NCBI GenBank assembly: GCA_051294905.1 | Contig: CM119372.1 | Span: forward strand, 15,750,001-15,814,000 | Direction of reading: 5' to 3' | Source of the DNA: Botryllus schlosseri | Lineage: Eukaryota | DNA: 64,000 nt | Notes under the pieces: model-generated | The model's database searches: none | Seen by the model: the letters and a program-made list of their open reading frames with translations, nothing else | Told to the model about the DNA's origin: nothing | Made by a program: the position numbers and the translations under genes | Shown: in pieces, positions 1 to 12,100 of the stretch | Numbering within the stretch: position 1 is the first letter of the stretch | Layout of the letters: every line of letters starts with the position of its first letter

Positions 1-283
1 CGTTTGCATTTCGAAATCAAGCTATCTACAGACATTTAATTAGCAAAGCCTCCGAACACGCTCCCCACCCTATTGGGGAATTTGGGGTGCAGCAGTTATG
101 GACCTGGCAAGAATGCAAATCATTGGGTGCGATAAATCGTCCTTTATAAAATGGGCAATATGTACATTATGACGTAACAAGCAAATGTCGCATCTGTTTT
201 GAAGAAATATGTTATCTCATGAGGCATTTTCAGCGCAATCCATGTATTGTCTTCCAATATAACTACTGAGATGCAAAATAAAT

Positions 284-442
284 GTAATCGTGAGTAATCG
301 TGATTACTTTTCCAATGTAATCGTAATCGTAATCGACTACTTCCTGATTTTGCTGTAATCGTAATCGTAATCGTAATCGCGTGATTCCGAAGTAATCGTA
401 ATCGCAATCGATTACATTCATGAAGTAATCACCCCATGTCTG
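284..442. repeat. (GTAATC)n array, probably the subterminal repeats of a TIR element end
   Basis: Many GTAATC/GATTAC units ending in ...accccatgtctg (reverse complement starts CAG like other TIRs here); matching end not found. Confidence 0.5.
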
Positions 443-2399
443 ATGGGTATACGCCCGAAGATGTTTAATTATTATTGAGTGGTCCTACCCTTTCAAACAC
501 ACCTCACTCAGCTCTACCGGCAAATCTGATTACGTGAGCAGAGAGAAGATAAAAATTGATAACAATGTATGCAATTCCCGATCATACTGACCGATGAAAT
601 CATGAATTCTAGAAATTTTGCGCGCTTCGCGCGCTTAGTCGACGAAAGCTGTGCTCATGCTCATGCGAGCTCATGCGAGCGACAAGTACGAATTGACCCG
701 ATAAACCGCGCAGTTTGCACGATCGTTCGTTTTTGATTAATTGATATTGTGCAGGACCGTAACTACAGGACCCCTAACCCCCTAATTGAAGGAGGCCCAA
801 AGTAATTTGGTGGACGAACATAAATTACATATTTTTTGAAACTTCATGCTAATGTTTTATTTTTTCGCGCGTTGCACGATTTAATGTCACTAAACGCATT
901 GATTGTTTGGTGTCATTCCCCCACGAAATGCGCATGATTTATAGCCATAGGAATAGCCGTTTTGGCGTCATCCAAGTCGGCGTCAGCCTTAACCGCGCCA
1001 AGACGCACCAACACATGATAAAATTTTGTCTAACATGGGACTTTGCAAAGTGTGCCAAAAAATTCAGCACCGAGTAAACCTTAGCCGAAAAACACTGCCC
1101 TCTGTTGACCGAAAACTTCGATGTATATACGTCAAATTGTCAAATGTCCATAGGCGCCTAAACGGCTGGCGTCGAATTTTGCTGTCCTGACAATCTATAT
1201 ACCACAAAACAAATGCTATCCCACAGTGAAAAGTTACTTGTCAGTTAAGAAATACAAATTTGGAATCGTATGTGTCTTTTAGTTTAGTACGCTTGGACAT
1301 TTCAATGTGTATTCACTATACAACAGACAGTAGGTCACTAAACAATGACACGCAGCAAAGTAATAATTCCAACTGGCCCGCCCGAATATCTTCATAATTA
1401 TTGATTCCGTGCCATAAATTTTCCATTACGACACCTCACTCAGTTTTACCACGAAATCTGATACTTCCGAGAGGTTAAATAAAGGATAGCAATATATTCG
1501 CAATTGCCAATATTAATAACCGATTCGGTCATTTCGGTCCTGATTTTGTGGATGGCCAGTAAGGCTGTTGTCAAGTGTTTTCATGCGGCGCATTGTATTC
1601 GTATATAGCTAGAGTAGCCTACATATGATGATAGTTGGCAATGGGCAAGGTGTCACGACAACGACAAGCTGCTTGGTACGACTACGAAACGCTTCACTCG
1701 ATATTGTCAAGGAGAATAATATTATCGGAGTTCGCGTGGTCGGGTAAATCCATGGCATTCGGCGCAAAGGACTGTACACGACTCTCGGCGGTAGCGCGTT
1801 GGGGGGTGCGAAGCCGCAGTTACCAAAAAAAAATTTCGCGCACGACCCGATTTACCTCCTGCTCGTGGTGTTTACTCTGTATATTGTCGATATCAGTGGT
1901 TCTCAACCTTTTTCACCTCGCGGACCGGTAAAATTTCAAAAAATATTTGACTTGAAACCAACCCAAAATGTAAAGTATGCAACCGATTTTTCGCAAATAT
2001 ATGGTGCTAGAACATTCGTTCTAAAACATTATTAGACACGCCCCTTTTTTGACAGTGAATAATTTGACGACGTCCGTATCGTGATATCTCAAAATATCGG
2101 AGAGAAATCATAATGCTAGCAATCCCAACGGATAGTTTGATGGCATTAAAGGTTATGGCCATAATTGTTGAGAGTTTTCTCGAATATGAAATATGGACCA
2201 GTATTTCTTAACCGACGGTCCGCGGACCGGTGCCGGTCCGCCAGGTAGATTACAATCTTATACTTAAATTTCAAGATGCAATATGTTGAAGGCTTGTCCA
2301 TTGATAAAATAAATGGAACATAAATTTTTAAACTGATTGAGAACTTCGTGCGGTAACACGAGGTTTGTAGTAGCGAGAGTAGGCCTAGCCTGTGTCTGG

Positions 2400-3459
2400 C
2401 AATGTTGGGATCAAGTCAAAACATTCGAGTCACGAGTCATTTCGAGTCATAGCTCATTCTTACTCGAGTCAAGTCGAGTCAATCGATTTTCGAAGGTGAC
2501 CCGAATCAAGTCAAGTCACTCGATTTTTGGAGGTGACTCGAGTCAAGTCGAGTCAAGTCAAGTCAAGTCAAGTCAAGTCAAGTCAAGTCAAGTCAAGTCA
2601 AGTCAAGTCAAGTCAAGTCAAGTCAAGTCAAGTCAAGTCAAGTCAAGTCAAGTCAAGTCAAGTCAAGTCAAGTCAAGTCAAGTCAAGTCAAGTCAAGTCA
2701 CGAATCAAGTCACAATTCAAGTCAAGTTGCCTTTTCGAAATATGAAGCATGATTACGTCATTACATTTGCTAGCTGTTTGAATTACAGATTGAGCGGTCA
2801 TTGATTCTGAACCGATGAACGAATATAGAGTCAAATATGCATGCAAGAAGGCGCTGTATCGCTCATATACACGTAGAACTGTTAAACTACGTAATTGCAT
2901 AGCCTTCATTTATAGTTAGCAGTCAAAATAGAGAAAGGATAAACTATTTGATAAGATGAAATACATTACACATTCACGCATATTGATATGATACAATTCG
3001 AGTCTGCGCCAATGGTTGAGGGGTAGGTATATTAACTATATTCGAATCCAATTACAATAAAACAATAGGTTTGTTTATGGTATGAACAGAGAACAGATAC
3101 ATTTAATTTGCTATTAAATTACTTTACTACTAGTTTACGACAACGTAAGCTTTAAGATTCGATCGCTCATTTGTGAGAGAACAATGGAGGCTTAGTAAAA
3201 CGCACGATCATTGAATGATTGGTCGCTCTCACGGATTACACCAGCGTTTCGCGAACAATCCGAACATACGAAAGATACAGTGATTTCTATCGAGACCGAT
3301 TACTTGATGCCTTTAAAGTGACTCGTGAATTTTGCTCCAAGTCACGAGTCAATCCACATTTCTGATGCGCCAAGTCAAGTTAAGTCAAGTCATTTTAGCA
3401 AAGTGACTCGAGTCAAGTCAAGTCATACGAAAAAGGTGACTCGAGTCATCCCAACACTG
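2400..3459. mobile_element. Non-autonomous hAT-type element with (AGTCA)n / GACTCGAGTC subterminal repeats, copy 1
   Basis: TIR caatgttgggat...atcccaacactg; perfect 8-bp TSD GTGTCTGG (2392-2399, 3460-3467). Confidence 0.88.
2551..2700. repeat. (AGTCA)30 pentanucleotide microsatellite
   Basis: Perfect tandem array inside the 2400-3459 element; unexpanded in the copy at 6682-7645. Confidence 0.95.
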
Positions 3460-6234
3460 GTGTCTGGTGATAGTGGGCAGTGAGTATGGTTGCACAAGGT
3501 GCTTGGTTCGACTTCGAAACACTTCTTCTCTCGCATTTGTCGAAGAGAAGAATATTATTCGAGTTAGTGTGGTCGGTTAAATCCACAGCCTTCGGTGCGA
3601 AAAATTGTAAACGACTCTCGGTGGTAGTACGTTTGTCAGCGCCAGGCAGTTTTACCTCGACTCAGCAGAATCACTACCGTAAAATCATATGAATGCCAGC
3701 ATCATGAACATAAATACGTGCGATCAAAATAAAAACCCTCAAATGTCACTCTCTAGCACAAGGCCGTTCACCAACACGCGGCCCTCGATGTCATATTTTG
3801 TAATTTAGGAAGAACGTTTCGTAAAGCATTTTGTAATGCTGAAATGAGTGCATAGATTAGTCCGGAGGTCATCGGCAATGGACATGGACAGTTTAACGTG
3901 GGTATTTGGCTTCCAGTTGGTCCATTGCGACTATGCACTGTAATGCGTCCATAGGCTACATAAGTAATCGAAATGCGGCCATGAATATCAAAAATGATGG
4001 CCACCCCTGCTTTAGTTGCTGAAGAGTGAATAGTGTTGACAGATATCGTGCGAAGCTCATAGTTAAAAATAGAAAAAAAGTGATGGTCGTGATATTTCTT
4101 CTGTATTTGTATTTCTTCAATAAAATATTATTTTGGGCAACAACTCTGCCCGTGCCCGTCGCCCATGTTAGAGAGGACGGCGTTGTACTGACGTAGAGTT
4201 ATCAAAACGTGGTAGTTAAACTGCGTTTTTATCTCGATATTGGTGTCATGCGGCCCGCGGCCTCAACGATTTTTGAAAAGTGGCCCGCGATCCGTTCTGA
4301 ATTGGCGGCCCCTGCTCTAGCACCATTAGCTTGCATAAACGATTGTATAGGCCTACGTGACATTTTGGGTTGATTTCGATTTTTGAAAGTCCACCAGTCC
4401 GCCAAATATTTTTTTAAACTTGAGAACCACCGATGTTTATGACATCTATTCTCGCAAGCGTGGATGTATTTGATCTCGCATTTACTGGGCAAATACTTCA
4501 GGTCGTTATGGCCGCGGTTTCGCTTGCATCGGATTCATCCAGTTGTGCTGAAACTCGGTCTGAGTACTCTGATTTCGAATATAAGTATCCTAGGCGCAAT
4601 CAATCAATAAAACAACGTTCAAAGGTGGACGTGTTTGAGGTGTTGATGCGCTTGATTCCATGCAAGTCAGATTTGTACAACGATGAGACATGCCAGCATA
4701 GCCTAGCTCAGTGTTTCTTGACTGATGTAGCTGTTATGTATTTGCCATCCATTGCGACGTTAAATCGTGGTATGTGATAGCTACTTAGTACTTACACATA
4801 GCCTGCGTCGTCGTTGTTTGTGGCCTTTATGGTCAATTGCAATATTTTTTATACCAGGTCGATATTCTATGTTTGATTCCATATATGCCAACTTGGTAGG
4901 ACGGTCCACTTCTAGGTTTTTGTAAGACACCGCTTACATGGAAAAATACCGAGGAGCAGCCTATAGATAGCATGTGAAGTACGGCGATTTTTTGACCTAA
5001 ATAAACGAAAGATTTTGACCTGAAAAATCAACATTTTGACTTTTTTGACCTAAAAACTGTCAAATTTTTACATGAAAAACTTTATTTTAACCAAATCTGG
5101 ACCTATGAAAAATTCCCGTAGTTACATCACGCATTATGGAAGAACTAATTAAAATTTGTTGTAGTACAACGAAAGATACTTTCCTACATTCTCGGGTAGA
5201 AAGGGTCTGTCCTTTATTGCGGAGTATGAACCGGAGCCGGATTGGTTATCCAGCTGTTTTTTTTTTAAATTAAGGCCGTGTCTGGATCGGAGCAGGATCG
5301 CGATACTTTTTTGATCCGGCTAGAATCTTTATTGATAAGCATGACTTTTGTACCTAAAAAACTATCTACCAACCAACCACACGCAAGTAACCGCCAAGCC
5401 AGTTCGAAAATAAACAGTACATATTTATAAATTCACGGAACCAAGGTGCCGTGCAGGCGAAGCATGGACCGGAGGCGGATTGGATATCCAGCCAGACTTT
5501 TTCATTTATAGCCGGAGCCGGATCGCGGCCGGATCAGTACTTTTCCTGATATGTTGCCATCATACTCTGAGGTGTCGTAGAATGCGTATCTCGTTAATGT
5601 TACATTCGCGTCCACCTATCTTTCATGAAATGGATTCTGGGCACTCGTTTATATCAGATCGACGCCGCGGATTTTCAAGAAAGGGCCGCGTTTTTCAAGA
5701 AACCTAGCTACAGAATTAAATTTGAAATAATATAAGTCTTTCAAATTTATACATAAATATAGTATATGTTATTTTCAAAAAATATCCAATTGTTCCTGCT
5801 TATCACTATAGCATTATCGAACCTTCGATACTAGCACACAGGTAATATTTGCAAAAGACAGATAGCGGTTGCATGATAATAGAGCTAAATTTGAAATGTG
5901 GAGGCATGCGGGTTGCGCGCGGGTCCGTGAAGTCAAAAAGGTTGAGAGCCACTGGGGTAGACACAGCCAAATCGCACGACTCATTGCGATAGGGATACGT
6001 CACAATTAACATTTGGCCAAAGGTATTTTACGGTAAATTTTGACCGGCTTGCCGAGCGCTAAATTCATCAAAATCGGTATGAATCGAAAGCTGCCGCTGT
6101 ACTGATTAGGAAAACATCAATGTTACTCCGCTCATGACCCCGGAACCTCCCACGAATAGCCTCTAATTTTGCATTGGGATGGTGTTTGGCATTGTAACGA
6201 TTCTATTTGGCGAAACGGGACCGCAGCTCAAGAG

Positions 6235-6239
<5 letters not shown>

Positions 6240-6321
<82 letters not shown>

Positions 6322-6338
6322 GTGAGTGAGAGTGAGAG
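6240..6338. repeat. (GA)n microsatellite followed by G-tracts
   Basis: Seen directly. Confidence 0.95.
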
Positions 6339-6534
6339 AAAACGGGGGGGTTGGGGGGGGGGAGAGAGGAGGGAGGAAGAATCCGTTGTAGTCGACGAAC
6401 ACCATGAATGCCCAAAACAAACAACAAACAATATATTACATAGTAGTCTGGGAAACACGATATAACCGAAGTCTTTAAGGCCGTAGTCACCCAAGCGCAT
6501 TGACAGTATTATTATTGATAATAATAATAATAAT

Positions 6535-8366
6535 TAGGGCAAGTTTTAGTTGCATTTGAATCGTGAGACAGTTGCACTTAATTGTAGCAAAAGTTGCAGT
6601 AAAATGTTGCATTTGTAATTTTTGTTGAATCATTAGGGTATGAGATACTCGAAAGGTTTCGTTGTATAACCTAATTCCTGCCAGTGTTGGGATCAAGTCC
6701 CTACCTTCGAGTCACGAGTCATTTCGAGTCATTTCACATTTTGACTCGAGTCAAGTCCAGTCAATCAATTTTCGAAGGTGAGCAGAGTCAAGTCAAGTAA
6801 CTCGATTTTTAGAGGTGACTCGAGTCAAGACAAGTCAAATCACGAGTCAAATCACAATTCAAGTCAAGTTGCCTTTTCGAAGTATGAGGCATGATTACGT
6901 CATTGCATTTTGCTAGTTGTCTGAAATAGAAATATAATGATCATTGATTTTGAGCCGATGAACGAATGTAGAGTTAAATATGCACGTAGGAAAGCGCTGC
7001 ATCGCTCAGATATACGTAGAATCGTTAAACTACGCAAGTAATTGCGTAGCCTCCGTTTAGTTACTTGCCAAAATGGACAATAGAGAAACGAATTGATAAG
7101 ACGCAATACAGTACCCATTTACATATTGATATGATACAATTTGAGCCTGCGCCAATGGTTGAGAACTATATAACCTACTTTTGAATTCAATTTCAATAAA
7201 ACAAGAGGTTAGGGTAAGATAAAAACAGAGAACAGAAATATACATTTTGCTGTTAAATCACTCTACTATACTAGTTTACGACAACGTAAGCGGTAAGCTT
7301 CAAATACTTCGTTAGCGGTCAATTTTATTTGTGAGAGATCAATGGAGGCTCAGTAAAACACATGATCATTGAATGATTGGTCGCTCTTGCGGGTTGCACC
7401 AGCGTTTCGCGTACAATCCGAACATATGCAAGACACAATGATTATTATCGTCACCGGTTACTTGATGACTTGAAATTGACTCGTGAATTTTGCTCTGAGT
7501 AACGATTCAATCCTCATTTCTGATACGTCGAGTCAAGTCAAGTCAAGTTATTTGAGCAAAGTCACTCGAGTCAAGTCAAGTCATACGAAAAAGGTGAATC
7601 GAGTCTGACTCGAGTCAAGTCATGACTCGAGTCATCCCAACACTGGCTCCTGCAGAGCTGTCCAATTTGTTACTTTGCCATTTAACGGCCGGTCCGCGGT
7701 GAAACCTCCGAAAATTACATTTTTTCCCAGCACAGAGCAAGAACATTACGAAATGCGGGAGTAATTTTCCCCCAAAAGCCAAACAGCGTAGCGATAACCC
7801 CTGTCCCTAAAACAAGTCAAATAACACACCCCTAACCGCTAGGTCTGCGACTTGACCCAAGGCATTACATAAAAACTCCCTCTCGGCGACTTTGACAGAA
7901 TCAATAGCCTAAAAAAGGTGACCCAATAAAAATGTTATTTTCGGCGCTCACGCCTGGGCGTTCGTAAACTGGGAAGCTATCTCAAATTTAAACTACAGGA
8001 ATAATAAAGCGATCTATTTACACATTTGTCGTGCTTGGCAGGGGTAGTTGAACTTCTTGCTAGCAAGTCATTTCGTCGTAGATAGATAACGGTGAGATGC
8101 AGCTCTTTGTTGTGCAGATCAAAGAGGTTAGAATGATACTAGAAATAGTTTGAAGAATTTTTTATATCACTCTTTTACATTTTTACGCTATCTATGTGAT
8201 AAAAGTTGCAGTGAAAATTGGCATCAAAAATAAAGAAAAGTTGCAAAAGGCTGCACTGCAAAATCTCTTCAAATAGCTTAAAGCAACATCGCACATAGAT
8301 TCTGGGTGTAAAAGAAGCTATCGGATGACGTAAAAACAGTTTCAAAAGTGACAAAAACTTGCCCTG
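6535..8366. mobile_element. TIR element (tagggcaagtttt family) interrupted by the 6682-7645 element
   Basis: TIR tagggcaagtttt...aaaacttgccctg; flanks ATAATAAT/ATATTAAT; uninterrupted copy at 56090-56937. Confidence 0.82.
6682..7645. mobile_element. AGTCA-family hAT-type element, copy 2
   Basis: TIR cagtgttgggat...atcccaacactg; flanks ATTCCTGC/GCTCCTGC versus empty site GTTCCTGC at 56231-56238. Confidence 0.88.
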
Positions 8367-9112
8367 ATATTAATCAATCGATCAAGCAAGTGAGAGAGTT
8401 TTTCAGATACTTTCTGTGGGTGCTTCAGTTAATTCGCTATGAACCATTATTGATAGTGCTGCGCGTAGTATCATCAGAGCATATTGCAAGTCAATTTCAT
8501 AGCGATATAAGGGAAGTCGATAGTCCTGACATATTGCGAAAAAAATCGTTTGTTATGTAACGCGAAATAAAATTCGGACTGAATGTGAAAATTTCAAGCC
8601 TCGAGGGGATTTACGTCCTCATGCGTTATTGCTTTCACATAATGAGATGAACACCGCCACCCAGATGCTGTGCTGTGGTTAGTAACAAATTAGTGAAGTT
8701 GATCTGATGATATACCAAAAATACTACGATAAGAAGGTAAAGAAACCTCGAAATGGAAACACAGCAATTATCGATTATGAAATGTAGATGCGAGACCGAA
8801 ATATAGAGAACAAAAACATCATGACGACGTGCCGCCAGTGCTTGAAACTAAAAAAATTATTCTACCACCGGCAGCGCTACACGGCAATAATTACGCTAAT
8901 GAGTTCCAGGTATCATGAAATCTCCTTCGAATTACACCACATGTGCGACAACCTGTCATTTCCATATTCCGTTTCGCTGGCAATGTCTTACCTTCAGGCG
9001 ATTTTTCATCGGGCCAGTCCATAAAGTCGCGACCTTGACGCAATATCTCTATCATAAAATTCTGACAGTGATCCAACTACCCCAAACGAGCGTGTGCCGT
9101 GTCGACGATATA

Positions 9113-9173
9113 ATGTTGCAGCGATTCATTGTCTTGGTGGTTCTGATATCCGTGTGCGGAGCGACATATTTCC
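9113..9173 (+). CDS. Gene A exon 1: signal peptide MLQRFIVLVVLISVCGATYF
   Basis: ATG at 9113, basic residue plus hydrophobic core plus small-residue cleavage region (CGA); donor C|GTAAG, phase 1. Confidence 0.85.
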
Positions 9174-12100
9174 GTAAGATTATTGCGTGGTTGCAGATAC
9201 ATATGTCAGTACATATGTATATGAGAGTTTATTCCCTAACATCCTCTCATCGTTTCGCAGCCGTCTGCAACATACTTCAGTGTGGACCGTACGGAAGATG
9301 TCGGGCCGGCAGATGCGTATGTAGGCCGAATTACACGTTAAAGAATGGACGTTGCGTCGGTGAGTGGTCACCGGGCATGTATCATATTTTGTGATAGCAT
9401 CCCTTGATATGAAATATAACCTAGGCCGATTACACATACACTTGCGAGTAGCACCTTTTCCCATCATTTTCGCCGGAGCTGGATCGGAACCAGCTTCCTA
9501 CTCATTCTGACACGCCCGACGTACTAGGAAGTAGTGTGCTTATCCGGAGTGGATATTGTCAGGAATTCATTTAACTGGCCGGAGCTGGATCCGTCTATTC
9601 ATGATACGACCGGAGTCGGATCGGTGCCGGATTCCATTTCAAAGAATTAGGATCGTAGTCGGAGCATAGGAAAGTTGTTGATCTGCTCCTCACCGAACTA
9701 GTGTGCTATAAGTAAGTAGTTCCCGACCTTTTTATGGTGGCGACCCCAAATTTAGAATCGAAAATGTTCCGTGATCCACCTCTCAATTTCGCGTGCTGAT
9801 TGCTAAAATGGTCAGCACTTTCCCCCCAACCTACTCACGGTCCATGTGGGAAGCAGTCCACGATGTGCGCAGTAATAGCAAATATGAACTTGTCACACCG
9901 CCTATAAAGACAGTAGTATATATGTCTTTTGAAACGATTTCTAATTATGTCCATTGTTCAATCGAAACAGTCAAATTTTCTAATTTCCTGTTCGTATAGC
10001 TTCGATAAAAATACTATAAATTATTATGGTCGGAGTTCATCTGACCGGATCAAGGTTATTTCTAGAATCCGGCCTAGGAGTCGGACTAGGACTAGGGAAT
10101 TAAAAAAGCAGGTTCGGAGTCGGAATCAGTGAATTTGTTGATCCGACTTGCACTAGTATGTATCCTGCTAACACATAACACTACGCTCAGTTCCAGTTTT
10201 TCTGCTGGTAGCCATACACCAACCTTACGTTACAGCAAGTGACGCTTTATATTGTCGTTTCGAATATTCTGATACCTTGTTTACCGGGTTCGCATTCCTA
10301 AAAAAAAAAGTTTTGTCTACTTTGAAAAATGAAATAACGTATTCAAAAGTGAGTCGCCCATAGCCTACAATTGACAATCTCGTAATAGTTATTGTTATTT
10401 AATTTTCGTCTCTGTGACCACGATAGAATAGATAAACAGCCTCAATGGGGTTGCGACCTCTAAGTTCATAATCTCTGCTCTATATTCATTAGATTGCTCC
10501 ATAAAAGTTGCCTGTCGGTTAGCAATACATATTTATTCACTATTGAAATGGTGAAGGGATTACCTAGCAGCAATAGTAATGTATCGATATATGGTTTCGT
10601 TGCGATAAATTGTTTGACTGGGTTCGCCGATCTCTATATCAGGACACAATGCAGAAAACATGCGCTTCAAATCTCGAAATTAATTCGATGTTTGATTTTT
10701 CTAGTTAATGGAAAAGCATCCAGCGTCTTGCATATTTTAATTGAGATATAACAGGCAAATTCATTTGGCGTCCGCAGGAAACTTTCCAGAGATCGGCACC
10801 GGCCCGGGGATCGGCGGTTGACAACACTGCGTCACAGAAAATTAGGAATTGATTATTTGAACGCTATATTACAGGTGGGTGTCGAGGTGGACCGTGTCAA
10901 GGAGGCAAGATTTGCAAATTTGGAAAATGTGTGTGTCCGGCAGGGGAAGTTGAAGTTGACGGAAAATGCGTTGGTATGTATTTAGCCAACCTCGCAAATT
11001 AGCGATGTATATTACAGGAAAACTGGTTTTCTCGATGGACATATCTGTTGTCGACGATAAATCTTGTATTTGCGTATAGCCAGAATTGAAAATTGAGAAG
11101 AGAAGAGATATTATTAACAGCTGGTGACATAACGATGAAATAAGTCCACTAGTGCAGTGCTGTTCAACCTTTTTCGTCGCGGCACACCCTTTTAACGTGT
11201 CCTCAAAACTCGTACACCCCTGGCAACCTAATTCACCGCTTCCGTAATGATCCGCGTTTCGATTACATATATAGCATAAAGCCGCATTCCATTGGAGAGT
11301 CGTCATGGCGCATGGACGACAAATGCCTCTGCGAAATTGGCTAGTGGGATGGGAACTTTGCACCGCAGAGAGCCTTTGCGGTATTCTGTGCCATCACTGA
11401 TTTCTGGAGATATACCTCGCGCATAAAAGATTATAATTGTAGTAACAGAGCATCCCCACAGGCTTACTATATATACTTCAAAATGGAGAGTATAAATGTC
11501 AGCAGAAATGATTAGAATTAGGTTTCTCTCTCGAATGAATTTCGTCCATAATGCTGGTAGTTTCATGTCATCGCTGTCAAAAGTTTATTCATTCTTTGCC
11601 CATCTGATCAAATTAACCCAGTAGTTCTCAACCTTTTTGACCTCGCAGCACCCTTTGAAAATTGAAACATAGTTCGCGGCACACTAGAACAGCGGTTTTT
11701 AACATATTTTTACATACGGTACCTGAGAACTACCGGCTTACTTGGCAGCACTCGCAGTCGAACAGGCGGGGTCTCCGACGAAGTACTTTTACCTTGTCGA
11801 ATCACTCAATAAGGATTTACTCTGCTTCAAAGAAGAAATTACGGTTTCTTTTACATCTGCGGACATGTCACAAATATGTCTACGAATGGTATCATTTGAC
11901 ACGGAAATCATTTTCAAATCTTCCGCAGCTTTGTTCTCAAAGATTATTTTACAATGCTAATACAAGCCGAATAACTTTCTCCGCTTCCGTGCGAGTATTT
12001 GAATTTTCTGCTATTAGCCTACCTCTGCGCCAACACAACTAGCCTGTTGCGATCTCGCTGAAACTTTGGTCTGCGCTTAGAAACCATATATCATAAGATG

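Noticed and set aside
2337..2804. ORFs with (VKSSQ)n repeats; CRISPR-like periodicity
   Set aside because: Translation of an AGTCA microsatellite in a MITE; no spacers or cas genes.
6163..6500. Three overlapping (SL)n ORFs
   Set aside because: Artefact of the (GA)n microsatellite.
9049..9060. TATA-like CATAAAA upstream of gene A (and TATTTAA near 29689 for gene B)
   Set aside because: Too common in AT-rich DNA to call without transcription start data.
8915..9394. 159-aa single-exon ORF
   Set aside because: Chance read-through of upstream sequence, exon 1, the 87-nt intron 1 and exon 2 of gene A.
10869..11363. 164-aa minus-strand ORF (also 43340-43816, 55011-55430)
   Set aside because: Antisense shadows of real plus-strand exons and repeats; no recognisable motifs.
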